Shown: piece after piece, positions 24,677 to 36,213 of the stretch | Position numbering within the stretch: position 1 is the first letter of the stretch | Layout: every line of letters starts with the position of its first letter | Assembly (NCBI RefSeq): GCF_001194135.2 | Contig: NC_068981.1 | Span: 4,580,263 to 4,625,921, forward strand | Source of the DNA: Octopus bimaculoides | Taxonomy: Eukaryota | Direction: 5' to 3' | Length of the DNA stretch: 45,659 nucleotides | The notes under the pieces: model-generated | Told to the model about the DNA's origin: nothing | Database searches by the model: none | Seen by the model: the letters and a program-made list of their open reading frames with translations, nothing else | Translations under genes and position numbers: made by a program

Positions 24677-24975
24677 CGCTTTCTCACTTCCTGAGCATTA
24701 AACTAATACACCTGCTTNNNNNNNNNNTTTGCTTCCCAACCTCATGGTTCCAGGTTCAGTCCCACTGTGTGACACCTTGGGCAAATGTCTTCTACTGTAG
24801 CCTCAGGCCAACCAAAGCTTTGTGAGTGGATTTGGTAGACAGAAACTGAAAGAAGCCCGTCGTATATATATACATATATATAAATACGGATTTACTTTTA
24901 TATATAAGGATTTACTTTTCGTAATGAGATAAAAAACCAAGGCTGTGTATAATATAGAACATTTATAAATAGAAT

Positions 24976-25023
24976 GTCTTACAGCTGTTTCCAGGATATT
25001 TATTATATTCCTTCATCAGAGAC
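24976..25023 (-). ncRNA. Minimal type-I hammerhead motif (ACAGCTGT family)
   Basis: gtct-CTGATGA-AGGA..TCCT-g-GAA-ACAGCTGT-A-agac; one extra G before GAA. Confidence 0.65.
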
Positions 25024-25049
25024 GGAGTGAGAGGATGATTAAGGAATAG

Positions 25050-25255
25050 TAAAAAGCACCATCTGAATGTGGTCAATGCCAGCCCCCTTGCCCCGACTGG
25101 CTCCTGTGTCTGTGGCATGTAAAAAGTACCATCTGAATATGGCCAATGCCAGCGCCACAGTCAAGGCAGTGCTGGCATGTTTGGATGGTGCTTTTTACGT
25201 GCCACCAGCACAGGGAGCCAGACAGGCGGCGCTGGCATCATCCACAGCTACAATT
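25050..25255. mobile_element. Family C VNTR units with an internal inversion near 25156
   Basis: Plus-oriented units 25050-25155 followed by minus-oriented units to ~25250. Confidence 0.65.
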
Positions 25256-25337
25256 TCCGTTTGATTGTGGTTTGATTTAATTTTGATGTTGATGTACTTG
25301 ACTCAATAGGTCTCCTCAAGCATGGCACGTTGCCCTA

Positions 25338-25403
25338 TGATGATGATGATGATGATGATGATGACAGTGATGATGATGATGACAGTGATGATGATGATGA
25401 CAG

Positions 25404-25439
<36 letters not shown>

Positions 25440-25545
25440 CGACGACAACGACGACTGTGAGGACGAGGAGAAGGAGGAGGGGGGAGGGGAGGAGGAGGAA
25501 GAGGAGGAAGAGGCGGAGGAAGAGGCGGAGAAAGAGGAGGATTAT
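25338..25545. repeat. (GAT)n/(GAC)n/(GAG)n run
   Basis: Seen directly. Confidence 0.9.
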
Positions 25546-25856
25546 AAAAATAATTACCACACACATTTCATATAAATTCCACACACACACACACACACAC
25601 ACACACTTAAAGTGCAGAGGAGTTGAAAAATGAGGAGTTACTGCATGTAGATATGAAACTTATTTTCCAGGATTTTTATACAATAAGGCTGCAACCACTT
25701 CCTATTTATACATCTTCGATGACGTCATCAACTTCATCGCCGTTTCATGTCTGTTTCCCATTGTGACATGGGTTGGATGGCAGATTGACAGGATCAGTGA
25801 AGACAGAGGACATGTATCATCACTGCATATCATACGTCTGATGCTGCTGTGGATCA

Positions 25857-26220
25857 CATCACAGTACATCAGACATCAGACATCAGACATCATAATACAT
25901 CAGACATCAGACATCAGACATCACAGTACATCAGACATCAGACATCAGACATCATAATACATCAGACATCAGACATCAGACATCACAGTACATCAAACAT
26001 CAGACATCATAATACACCAGGCTACATCAGACATCAGACATCAGACATTACAGTACACCAGACATCAGACATCACAGTACATCAGACATCAGACATCATA
26101 ATACACCAGGCTACATCAGACATTAGACATCAGACATCACAGTACATCAAACATCAGACACCATAGGACATAATGCATCAAACATTTTAGTACATCACAC
26201 TAGATCAGACATCATAGTAG
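25857..26220. repeat. Minisatellite of catcaga heptamers with alternating cacagta/cataata linkers
   Basis: Seen directly. Confidence 0.9.
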
Positions 26221-26586
26221 CAAAATCTGTTTTTATTGCAAGATTTGAACAATAAAATTGCTTTGAGCCAAAGAGAAAGTTAGTTGTGACACAACAAATA
26301 TCTAATATTTTAAAAAATATTCACAGATGGAAGTTGCTGGAAGCTTCTCCGTTGCATTAATTGAGAAGAGAAAATGGAGAGGAACTGGTATCAAATAGAC
26401 TTTTTATTTTCTATTTTACATAAAACATGCATTTCGTCAAAATCTCATAAATATATTTATGCTTAGAGAGATGCAACAGCAAAACCCCAACGACATTTTC
26501 TAAGAACATGTATAAATCATATCTTTTTCCCCGTTAAATTCACAAATGCATAGAATTTGATCTTGCATATAATTCCTCGCTACCTT

Positions 26587-26617
<31 letters not shown>

Positions 26618-26968
26618 CATGCGCGCGTGTGTGTGCATGCATGTGTGTGCATGTGCGTGTCTCTTTTGTGTATGTGTGTGTGTGTGTGCATGCATGTGTA
26701 AGTATGCATGCTTGTATGTATGTGTGTGTGTGTTTGTGTGTGTATTTATGAGTGTATGTGTGCATGTATGTATGTGTACATGTGTGTGTGTGTGTGTGTT
26801 TGCATGTGTGTGTGTGTGTCTGTCTGTGTGTGTGTGTGTGTGTGAATGTGTATGCCTGCATGTGTGTGTACATGTCTGTGTATGCGTATGTCAAAGTCAC
26901 ATTATATCTCCCTTGAGCAAAGTCAAAATAATACGAGGATATTATACGAAGCAATAATTGACGATAAC

Positions 26969-27480
26969 CTCATCATCATCATCATCATCATCGTTTAACG
27001 TCTGTCTTCCCTGCTGGCATGGGTGAGATGGTTCCACAAGAGCCAGCCAGCTCAAAGCCTGCACCACACTTCTGAGACTGTTTTGGCAGGATTTTTACAG
27101 CGGAATACCCTTCTTAAAACCAACCACTCAACATAGTGGACTTAGTGCTTTTTATTTGACACAAGCACAGGCAAAGTGAGTAGTGCTTTTTACATGGCAC
27201 AAGTGCAGGCGAGGTCAGTCTTGGCAAGTTTTTAGAGCTGGATGCCCTTCCAAACACCAACCACTTTACAATGTGACCTGGGTGCTTTTAAGTAGCACCT
27301 GCGCCGACAGGGTTACCAATTACTTGCAAGACAAAAAAAGAACGTTTAAGAGTGGAGGAGGCATTGGAGAAGGTGAAGATGAAAAGGTTATAGTGAGACA
27401 GATACAGGTGTCTTACTGTAGAGGAAGTACAAGGTTTCCCAGGCAGAGAGAGAAAGATCAGGAATGAAGAGAGAAACAGG
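26969..27480 (-). mobile_element. Long family C element
   Basis: (cat)n-cgtttaacgtctgtcttccctgctggcatggg...ggatgcccttcc. Confidence 0.75.
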
Positions 27481-27482
27481 CA

Positions 27483-28055
27483 GGACTGAAAATTACTTTT
27501 GAGACCAACCTCAACACCACTTCTTAGACATCATGCTCACCTTAAGCTCCAGACACTGGCATATCTCTACACAACTTCCTGCCACCCACTGATCATGTTC
27601 AAAAACCTGGAGAAAGGTACCAGCAAGAGGATCACAAACCTTTCCTCTAACCGAGAGATTTTTAATACAGCAGCACCCTACTATAACAAGGCACTAGCTG
27701 CTAGCGGATTTAGGGACCGCATCTCCTACACACCGAGCCCTGACACCCACAGAAGGAAGTGCTGCAGAAATATCATTTGGTTTGCCCCCGCCCACTTCTC
27801 CCTCAAAGTAAAAACGTGTGAAGGTAGGCTAATAGATAGCCTTAGGCTAATAGATAGCCTTAGGCTAATAGATAGCCTTAGGCTAATAGATAGCCTTAGG
27901 CTAATAGATAGCCTTAGGCTAATAGATAGCCTTAGGCTAATAGATAAGCACGTCACATATTCACAAAGGTACAGGCATATTTTCAACAGACACAATCTAA
28001 GGGTCTCTTTTAGCTGTGCTCCCAATATTAAGAGCATTCTAGCTAACACCCCTAG
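27483..28055 (+). pseudogene. Penelope-like element RT C-terminal/thumb-linker fragment
   Basis: GLKITFETNLNT/FLDIMLTL (frameshift), then TSCHPLIMFKNL..SKRITNLSSNREIFNTAAPYYNKAL..SGF..RNIIWF..LIDKH..HIFNRHNLRVSFSCAPNIKSIL, characteristic of PLE ORFs. Confidence 0.85.
27826..27946. repeat. Perfect 18-bp tandem repeat (aggctaatagatagcctt), 6 full copies plus 13 nt
   Basis: Seen directly; in frame, encoding (RLIDSL)6. Confidence 0.97.
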
Positions 28056-28129
28056 GCCATGAATGGAGGTGGGGATGCTCATGCAGGGACTACAACAGAT
28101 GTCCAGTGAAGCTGAGGTGGTTAGCTGAT

Positions 28130-28460
28130 CCTAGTAGCAACAGCAGCAGCTTTGCCAACAACTGCTACAGTAGCACGAATGGCAGTACCAATAGCAACAG
28201 CAGCAACCTGAAGAGAAACAGCAGCAGCACCAATGATAACAATAACAATGGTGACAACATCAGCCACCACAACAGCACCGATAACAGCTCCAACAATAGC
28301 AACGACGATGGCTATAGCACCACCACCAACACCACCACCAACACCACCACCACTGATGATGTCCCCTACGCCAGAGCATTAATGGCAGCAATGCCAGCAC
28401 CAATGCCAACACCAGCATTAATGATATCAGCACCAACACCAACAACACCAGCACAAGCAA
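28130..28460. repeat. CAG/CAA/CAC trinucleotide mosaic
   Basis: Seen directly. Confidence 0.85.
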
Positions 28461-28598
28461 TAATTAAAATTATCCAAAAGATGCCATATCTGCTCGTTTT
28501 TTTTAATATGTGTGTGTGTGTGTGTGTGTGTTAAACAAAATGAGACAACAAAGCCAAAGCAGTGTAAAATTTCTAGAACATTTATAAAGAGAGAGGTA

Positions 28599-28646
28599 GT
28601 CTTACAGCTGTTTCAGGGATAAGAGGGATGTCCCTTCATCAGAGAC
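28599..28646 (-). ncRNA. Minimal type-I hammerhead ribozyme, all core positions intact (ACAGCTGT family)
   Basis: gtct-CTGATGA-AGGGA-catccctctta-TCCCT-GAA-ACAGCTGT-A-agac; GUA triplet. Confidence 0.75.
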
Positions 28647-29084
28647 AATATGAGAAGGTTAAACAGAAGGAAATAATAGAGTTCAATGTAAGAAGTTATT
28701 TTGGAGAGGGAGAGATATAGGATATATAAAGGGAAATAACAGAATTGTAGAATAAAAGAATATGTGTGTGTGTATATATATCTATATATATATATGTATA
28801 CTGCTACCTGAAGGTAGGTCCTGATGCATCTCCAGCACTATCTATTTCTCTCTCTTGCTTTGACTGTCTCTCTATCTTTCTTTCTAACTCTGTCTCTCCT
28901 TCCTTTGCTCTTTTCCTTCTAAGGCAGTCAAGTATCTCCTCCATAGTAAGACAGCAAGCAGTTCCTGGATCATACTCTAACCTTTCACCAGGCATAAAAA
29001 CCACTTCCTTTGGTTCCACTCTCTCTTCCATCCGAGAGGTCTTTGCCTTGCAAGTTACTTGGTGACCCTTCGGTTGTTGGTGCC

Positions 29085-29280
29085 CTGTAGAAAGCATCAG
29101 TGCTGGTGCCACATAAAAAGCACCCAGTACACTCTGGAAAGTGGTTGGCCTTAGAAAGGGCATCCAGCTGTAGAAACCATGCCAAAACAGACAATGGAGA
29201 AATGGTGCAGCTCTCTGGCTTGCCAGCTCCAGTCAAACCATTAAATAAAGACAGACATTAAATGATGCTGATGAGAATGA
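29085..29280 (+). mobile_element. Family C element
   Basis: cacataaaaagcacccagtacactctggaaagtggttgg...gacattaaatgatg. Confidence 0.8.
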
Positions 29281-29282
29281 TG

Positions 29283-29410
29283 AAGTTGGCAGAATCCCTT
29301 GCGTGCTGCACAAAATACTTCACGGCATTTGGCCTCTCTCTTAACTTTCTGAGTTCAAATTCCACTGAGGTTGATTTTTGCCCTTTTGGCATCGATGAAA
29401 TAAGTACCAT
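29283..29410 (+). mobile_element. Family B SINE, diverged
   Basis: ttctgagttcaaattccactgagg...aaataagtacc. Confidence 0.7.
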
Positions 29411-29564
29411 TTGATTGTAGCTTTGAGATTTTGAAGTTGTGATTGTTTATTTTTAGAATGACATTGTAGGATAAGTGTAAGAGGCCAGATCTGAGCAGTG
29501 AAAAAAGGAAGAATATTTGGGCCTGACATGGCTGGTTTGAATACTAAACATTCACTCTTTTACT

Positions 29565-29795
29565 TGCTTCAGTCATCTGACGGTGGCCATGCTGGAGCAC
29601 CGCCTTTAGTCAAACAAATCGACCACAGGACTTATTCTTTGGAAGCCTAGTACTTATTCTATCGGTCTCTAATACCAAACCACTAAGTTACGGGGATGTA
29701 AACACACCAACATTGGTTGTCAAATGATGGTGGTGGGGAAAAGCACAGACACAGAAATACATACATACATATACACATATATATACGAAGAGCAC
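29565..29795 (-). mobile_element. Family A SINE 3' half (29625-29795 repeated at 29806-29976 across a 10-N gap)
   Basis: Reverse complement of the family A 3' half. Confidence 0.85.
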
Positions 29796-30089
29796 NNNNN
29801 NNNNNACAGGACTTATTCTTTGGAAGCCTAGTACTTATTCTATCGGTCTCTAATACCAAACCACTAAGTTACGGGGATGTAAACACACCAACATTGGTTG
29901 TCAAATGATGGTGGTGGGGAAAAGCACAGACACAGAAATACATACATACATATACACATATATATACGAAGAGCACCCTCGGAGGAACCGTGAGGGCCGA
30001 AACAACCAGGAGGTGGACGCACTCCCACAACACGAACAATGATGCCCAACAACACCTGCCTCGTGGCTCCCGCACATTCTGCTGTCAAC

Positions 30090-30350
30090 TTTAATCTTTC
30101 AACATTGAGATCACTTTGTCAAATGTATTTCTTATTTATTCACCTCAGTCAAATCGTCCAACCCATGCTAGCATGGAAAGCGGACGTTAAACGATGATGA
30201 TGATCATCATCATCATTTTGAATTAGACATGTATCTTCAAGATTTCAATGATGTCATTGTTTATTTTTAGAATGACATTGTAGGATAGGTGTGAGAGGCA
30301 GAATCTGGCCAGTTTAAACATAAAACAGGTGGAATATTTAGCGAGGATAT
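30090..30350. mobile_element. MITE-like repeat (related fragment at 29415-29560) carrying a family C 3' end at 30143-30215
   Basis: Shared ttgtttatttttagaatgacattgtaggata..gtg..agagg at both loci. Confidence 0.55.
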
Positions 30351-30354
30351 CTTT

Positions 30355-30640
30355 TATCTTCAAGTTGTTTCAGTCACTGGGTTGCGACCATGCTGGGGCA
30401 CCACCTTGAAGAATTTTTCATCAAATGAATCGACCCCAGTACTCTTTTTTTTCAAGTCTGGTACTTATTTTATCAGTCTTTTTGCTGAACCACTAAGTTA
30501 CATGGATGTAAATGCACCAACACCAGCTGTCAGAGACATACACACACACACTCACATATATACGAAGTGCTTCTCTCAGTTTCCATCAATCAAATCCAGT
30601 CACAAAGGTTTGGTCGGTTTGGGACCATAATGGAAGACAC
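30355..30640 (-). mobile_element. Family A SINE, 5'-truncated
   Basis: Reverse complement of CORE-like segment, microsatellite and 3' half. Confidence 0.75.
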
Positions 30641-31096
30641 TAATCCAAGGCCTGTTTACTGGCTGCTCTCTATGTTGGGTCAACTTGCTGTAGACTCAAA
30701 CACTCCTGTTCGTTCTCCTCATTCAACAAACCTTTCCTAACACTTTTCCATGTCACATTCGTTTTGGCAACAGCAAGGTCAAGTGTACTGTTATCGTCCC
30801 ATATTCACGTCTCAACAACTCCTCTCTCAATACTTGGCAATCAGGAATATCTTATCTTCTTTGTCCAGATTGTCACCAGTCTATGTATTTATGTATGTAT
30901 GTATGTATGTATGTACGTATGTATGTATGTATGTACATGTGTACGTATGTATGTATGTATGTACGTATGTACGTATGTATGTATGTATGTATATATGTAT
31001 GTATGTATTTATGTATGTATGTATTTATGTACGTATGTATGTATGTATGTATGTATTTATGCATGTATGTATGTATGTACGTATGTATGTATGTTA

Positions 31097-32110
31097 TGGT
31101 AACCTTTCAGTTTAGGGTGTGTAAAANNNNNNNNNNNNNNNNNNNNNNNNNNNNNNNNNNNNNNNNNNNNNNNNNNNNNNNNNNNNNNNNNNNNNNNNNN
31201 NNNNNNNNNNNNNNNNNNNNNNNNNNNNNNNNNNNNNNNNNNNNNNNNNNNNNNNNNNNNNNNNNNNNNNNNNNNNNNNNNNNNNNNNNNNNNNNNNNNN
31301 NNNNNNNNNNNNNNNNNNNNNNNNNNNNNNNNNNNNNNNNNNNNNNNNNNNNNNNNNNNNNNNNNNNNNNNNNNNNNNNNNNNNNNNNNNNNNNNNNNNN
31401 NNNNNNNNNNNNNNNNNNNNNNNNNNTATTTCGTCTGCAGTTACATTCTGAGTTCAAATTCGCCGAGGTTGACTTTGCCTTTCATCCTTTTGGGGTCTAT
31501 AAATTAAGTACCAGTTACGCACTGGGGTCGATGTAATCGACTTAATCCCTTTGTCTGTCCTTGTTTGTCCCTTCTATGTTTAGCCCCTTGTGGGCAATAA
31601 AGAAATGAGAATCGCTCTGAGTTCAAATTCGCCGAGGTTGACTTTGCCTTTCATCCTTTCGGGGTCGATTAAATAAGTACCAGTTATGCACTGGGGTCGA
31701 TGTAATCAACTTAATCCCTTTGTCTGTCCTTGTTTATCCCCTCTGAGTTTAGCCCCCTGTGGACAATAAAGAAATAGATAAATAAATAAATAAATAAGTC
31801 AATTGTTAAACAACGTAGACCTGGGCTTATGGTCACCAAAAAGTGAACAAAAGTCATTTTTTTTATTTTGGAACAGAATTCCTCCATATGAATTCGTCTA
31901 AATATGACACAAATAAATTGTCTGATGTTCCAAATTGTTGCCATAATTTTCTTTTCACCTGCATCCACATATTCTCCACATTTTTGTCTGTGGACGTCCT
32001 CATTTGTGAGATCCAGAAAGTTCTCCTGATGTACAATCACTTTGTGAGTGTAGATGCCGTCATTTAGGCTTTGTTTTTTTTTTTAAACACCCTAAACTGA
32101 AAGATTACCA
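31097..32110. mobile_element. TIR-bounded element with TA target duplication, inserted in a (TATG)n tract
   Basis: tggtaacctttcagtttagggtgtgtaaaa versus ttttaaacaccctaaactgaaagattacca (2 mismatches in ~30 bp); TA on both sides. Confidence 0.7.
31428..31785 (+). mobile_element. Two tandem family B SINE bodies (31428-31610 and 31615-31785)
   Basis: Both match the family B body and tail. Confidence 0.9.
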
Positions 32111-33702
32111 TATGTATGTACATATGTATGTATGTATGTACATTTGCATGTATGTATGTATGTATATATGTGTGTATGCATGTATGCATGTATATATGTG
32201 TGTATTTATGTATGTGTGTATATGTATGTATGTGTGCATATGTATGTATGTTTGTATATGTGTATGTATGTGCGTATCTATATGTGTGTATATATATGTT
32301 TGTGTGTATGTATGCATGCAAGTATGTACATATGTACATATGAATGTATGTGTGTATGGGTGTAGACGTGACTGTGTAGGTTTTTCCTGCAGAGTCTGGA
32401 TCCAGTCTTCACATGCAGAGGTAAGCAAGGTCTAATAGGCTTTAATAGCCCTTAACGGGGACCCTGACGGGTGCTACTACTCTGGGCTAGAGTAAACTGG
32501 GGAAGAATATTGGTTAAGCAGTGATTCAACATCACTGAAGACCCTGGAGCCCCTGGGTCTCGAGGAGTGGGCACCACCACTGGAAGCAGTTCAAAGCCAC
32601 AGAAGCTAATGAACATAGAAACCAAGGGAACACACGTTTCACAAGAGAGAAAATTCCTCTACTTTATGGTAAGATTATCACGAAAGCCATATTTCTGCAT
32701 TGCGAGAGACGACGCCTATATTTCTTTCATCTCAAAGACATTCATGAAAATGAGTGAATTTGACAGAGGAATCAATGAAGTTTAAAAGAAAATATTAATT
32801 TAGTATTGTTATTAATATCAACTGTTAATTAGATATAGAAGTTAATTAAAAATAAATTAGGCTACCAATTTAATTTTTCTTTCTTTTTTTTTTTTATCAA
32901 AGGATCTGTTACATGCAAGTTATTCTCCAGACATTTTCTTCTCAATTTCTCAAGGCTCAAGCTTTTTTGTTTCTTTTCTTATATACTGCATATTCACATT
33001 TTTTTTATTAGAAAATTCTTTGTGTGTGTGCATGTGTGTGTGCATGTGTGTGTGTGTGTATGTACGTGTCTACGTGTGTGAGTCTGTGTGTGAGAGTGAA
33101 TATATGTGTATGGATAAGTGTGTGTTTGTGTATGTGTTAGTAAGTATGTGTGTGTGTGAGAGCATATGTGTGTGTGAATTTCCTGCTGGAATTCAATGAG
33201 ATGCCGGACTCATTTCCATTCATAAGCAATTACGAATGTTCCTATAACCAACATAAAAATCAACACTTGTTGCATATTGATTTTGAAAATCAATCAATCA
33301 TTTAAGAAAGCTACAAGAAGAAAAAAAAAATTCAATCAATAACTGAAGTTTAACTCAACAACAATGCAGTTGTTCATCAGCTTTTTAACATCGCTTTCTT
33401 CTTTTCTCTCCTGAGATAAAACAAAAAATGAAAACTTGCCGACATTAACCAGTTGTGAAGTCAGCCATCTTGTGCAAGTCTTTTTCTCTGATCATCTTCA
33501 TTCCTCATTAGCTAAAATATTATTTTTAATGGCTGTAGAGAAGCTGTAATTGACTAAAGTTAAATGTCAGGAAGGCAGAAAAGAACAGGAAACAATAATG
33601 CCATAAAAGAAAGTATTTGATACCTGAAAGAAAGCAATATATTACAGGAAGGCTGTTCAACAGTCTTGATTTCTAAATTAACAAAAATAATTAATAGACT
33701 TC

Positions 33703-33862
33703 GGCCTGGGTGTGTGATTAAGAAGTTTGTTTCTCGACCATGTGGTCTTAGGTTCAGTCCCACTGTGCAGCACCTTGAATTGGCAAGTATCTTCTACTAC
33801 ATTCCTCGGCCGACCAAAGCTCTGTGAGCAGATTTGGTAAATGGAATCTGAAAGCCTGTCAT
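33703..33862 (+). mobile_element. Family A SINE 5' half
   Basis: gtgtgattaagaagtttgtttc...ggttcagtcccactgtgcagcacc...cggccgaccaaagc. Confidence 0.8.
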
Positions 33863-35253
33863 GTAGATATATAACTTTCATCATCCCACTACCAAGTATG
33901 ACATCACCCCTTCCTTCCTTATTCATTTATCACCCCTTCCTTCCTTATTCATCTATCACCCCTTCCTTTCTCGTCCATAAACACAGGAGTATTATTATAG
34001 TAGATTATCTCGGTAACCATGGGAGCTATGAAAATACAAAGCCCAGCATCACCACCGGATCATTCTACACATCTGTGTAATTTTTCGTGCAATTCCACCC
34101 AACCATTTGACCGTGAATCCCAAGACAAGAAAGAATTGCCCGTGTGAAATTTATATTTATTTATTTATTTATGTGTTTCAGCCAAGTGGCTGCGGTCATG
34201 CTGGTGCGTATACATATATCACTTTTATCTTTCATCTTTCACTTATTTCGGTAATTTTGACTGCAACCATGCTGGGAGTTCCACCTTGAAGGGTTTTATT
34301 CAAATGCATCAACTGCAGTACTTTCAATGAGGGAGTATCTATGTGATTGCTTGACCCCTTTTGACACCAACACATCTGTGACCATCTTTGGTTCTGGGAT
34401 TCAAACTTCCTGCCATACACAGACCAATACCTGTGATATTAGAATGTCTGGTTACTTTGTTGCTTCAATTGGTCTCATTCTTTGAAACAGAGGACAGTCA
34501 TCTGCTAAAGATCTTCTGTGTTCTTTGCCCCTCTTCTAATACACGACCCACACAGAGAGAGGGGGGAGGGGAGGAGAAAGAGAATGATGTGGATTGTAGG
34601 CAGTGTGTGAGAGATGCACAGTGCCAGGGATGAGATCAGAGGTACACAGGGGTGGAAATAGCAAGAGATGAGCATAAATAGTGGGGGCTGCAATTGGCTG
34701 AATGACAGGGTGTAAAGGAAGAGACTGGAGGTGAAACAGGCATTCAGTAGAAAATGAGATGGTAAGAGATGATTCTGAGAATGTGAGAAACAAACAAAGT
34801 GGTTCCAAGTAGGGTGAGTAGGAGTGCAAAGTGGTGGGCGAGGGTGTGAAGTATGTTTAGTCCTGTTCTCATATAATTACAATGGTGGAGTAAATAGTGC
34901 CATAGTCAGAAGAGTAATGAAGGAGTAGCAGTGTGAGGAAGCTGAGTTGTGGGGAAGGGACATGTCAGGGTCAGATTGAGGGGGGCATAGGTGTTGACAT
35001 AATAAACATTATGCTTCAAGAACCTCATTTGTGCTGAGGTCCCAGAAACATAATGGCTATTTCAAAGACCAGCATGGAATATTAAAAGGTTCTTTTAGGT
35101 AAAAGAAAATTGGCAAGAATTGATGACAGAAAGAGCAGGCAGCTGTAAAATAAAGCCCTACTTCAAATGGTGACCAGTAATAAAATCACAGGAAAAAATG
35201 TCATAGCAATAAAGTCACAATTTTGGCTGCCATTTCCAATAATTAATGTATTT

Positions 35254-35432
35254 AAGGTGGTGAGCTGGCAGAATTGTTAGCACGCTGGGCATTCGAATGC
35301 TGCTGGGGTTGATTTTGCCCTTTATCCTTATTGGGGTCGATAAAATAAGTACCAGTTGAGTACTGGGGGTTGATGTAATTGACTAGCCCCCTTCCTGAAA
35401 CTGCTGGCCTTGTTCTGAAATTCAAAACCAAT
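35254..35432 (+). mobile_element. Family B SINE
   Basis: Matches family B, with an internal deletion. Confidence 0.8.
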
Positions 35433-35810
35433 ACCAGTCCCTTGATTAGGCGGGGAGTTAGTAAAATCTTTAGTATGCCAGGCAAAATGCTTAGCACCCA
35501 TTAACGTAGCTGGCGGTAGGGGTGGAGTGAGGGCGGTAGGGGCGGTCCGCCCTTGGGCAGCTCTTTTAAAGGGGCACCCCTTTTGAGTCTGCTGTAGGCA
35601 ATATGTATTTTTTGTGGAGTCTGGGGGGTGGGGNNNNNNNNNNNNNNNNNNNNNNNNNNNNNNNNNNNNNNNNNNNNNNNNNNNNNNNNNNNNNNNNNNN
35701 NNNNNNNNNNNNNNNNNNNNNNNNNNNNNNNNNNNNNNNNNNNNNNNNNNNNNNNNNNNNNNNNNNNNNNNNNNNNNNNNNNNNNNNNNNNNNNNNNNNN
35801 NNNNNNNNNN

Positions 35811-35998
35811 CCAATACAGTTCTATATTTAAGAGATGAAGAATTATTTACCTTATTTACATTGGACGGATATTTGTCCTCATCTTGTTTGTTGTTAACAC
35901 AATGTTTCAGCTGATATACCTTCCAGCCTTCATCAGGTGTCTTGGGGAAATTTCGAACCTGGGTCCTCATTCCTAAGGTATTTTTTGATGTTGTTATT
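35811..35998 (-). mobile_element. Family D body copy D3 (no tRNA head), inverted relative to D4; hammerhead motif at 35896-35942
   Basis: gacac-CTGATGA-a-ggctg..cagct-GAAAC-att-gtgtt on minus. Confidence 0.8.
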
Positions 35999-36015
35999 TT
36001 AACTTCATCGTACAG

Positions 36016-36204
36016 GGGAATGAAGTTAAAATAATCGACAGAGAACACCACTGGAAAATACAAAAACTAAAAGAAGCAGTACATATGCTAGGACACAACA
36101 ACCTCCTAAGCAGACCGAGTGCAGATATAAGTAGCATATGGGAACCAGTATCAAGGAAGGATAGGAAAATATTAGATTTACAAACCCTAAAATTCACTCC
36201 ATAA
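36016..36204 (+). pseudogene. PLE GIY-YIG endonuclease C-terminal fragment (absent from the ORF track)
   Basis: Stop-free frame GNEVKIIDREHHWKIQKLKEAVHMLGHNNLLSRPSADISSIWEPV...TP*, resembling the PLE motif W..VKIIDRE..W..RK.KEA.HI...N..LS..W.P. Confidence 0.7.
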
Positions 36205-36213
36205 TTGCCCACA

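Noticed and set aside
29625-29976. 171-bp exact tandem duplication
   Set aside because: The copies are identical and separated by a 10-N gap, most likely an unmerged contig overlap
29976-30085. GC-rich hairpin followed by ccgaaac
   Set aside because: Lacks a CUGANGA core (the upstream gaaga belongs to the SINE); origin unknown
33340-33380. CTGATGA on the minus strand with an adjacent acaac/gttgt hairpin
   Set aside because: No GAAA or stem III follows, so it is not a hammerhead
33340-33440. Minus-strand polypyrimidine tract plus CAG acceptor with a short frame ERKEESDVKKLMN
   Set aside because: No convincing donor site or homology; insufficient evidence for an exon
34536-35060. Possible LINE apurinic endonuclease relic on the minus strand (YVNTYAP-like)
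   Set aside because: Motif similarity is too weak to call without a search
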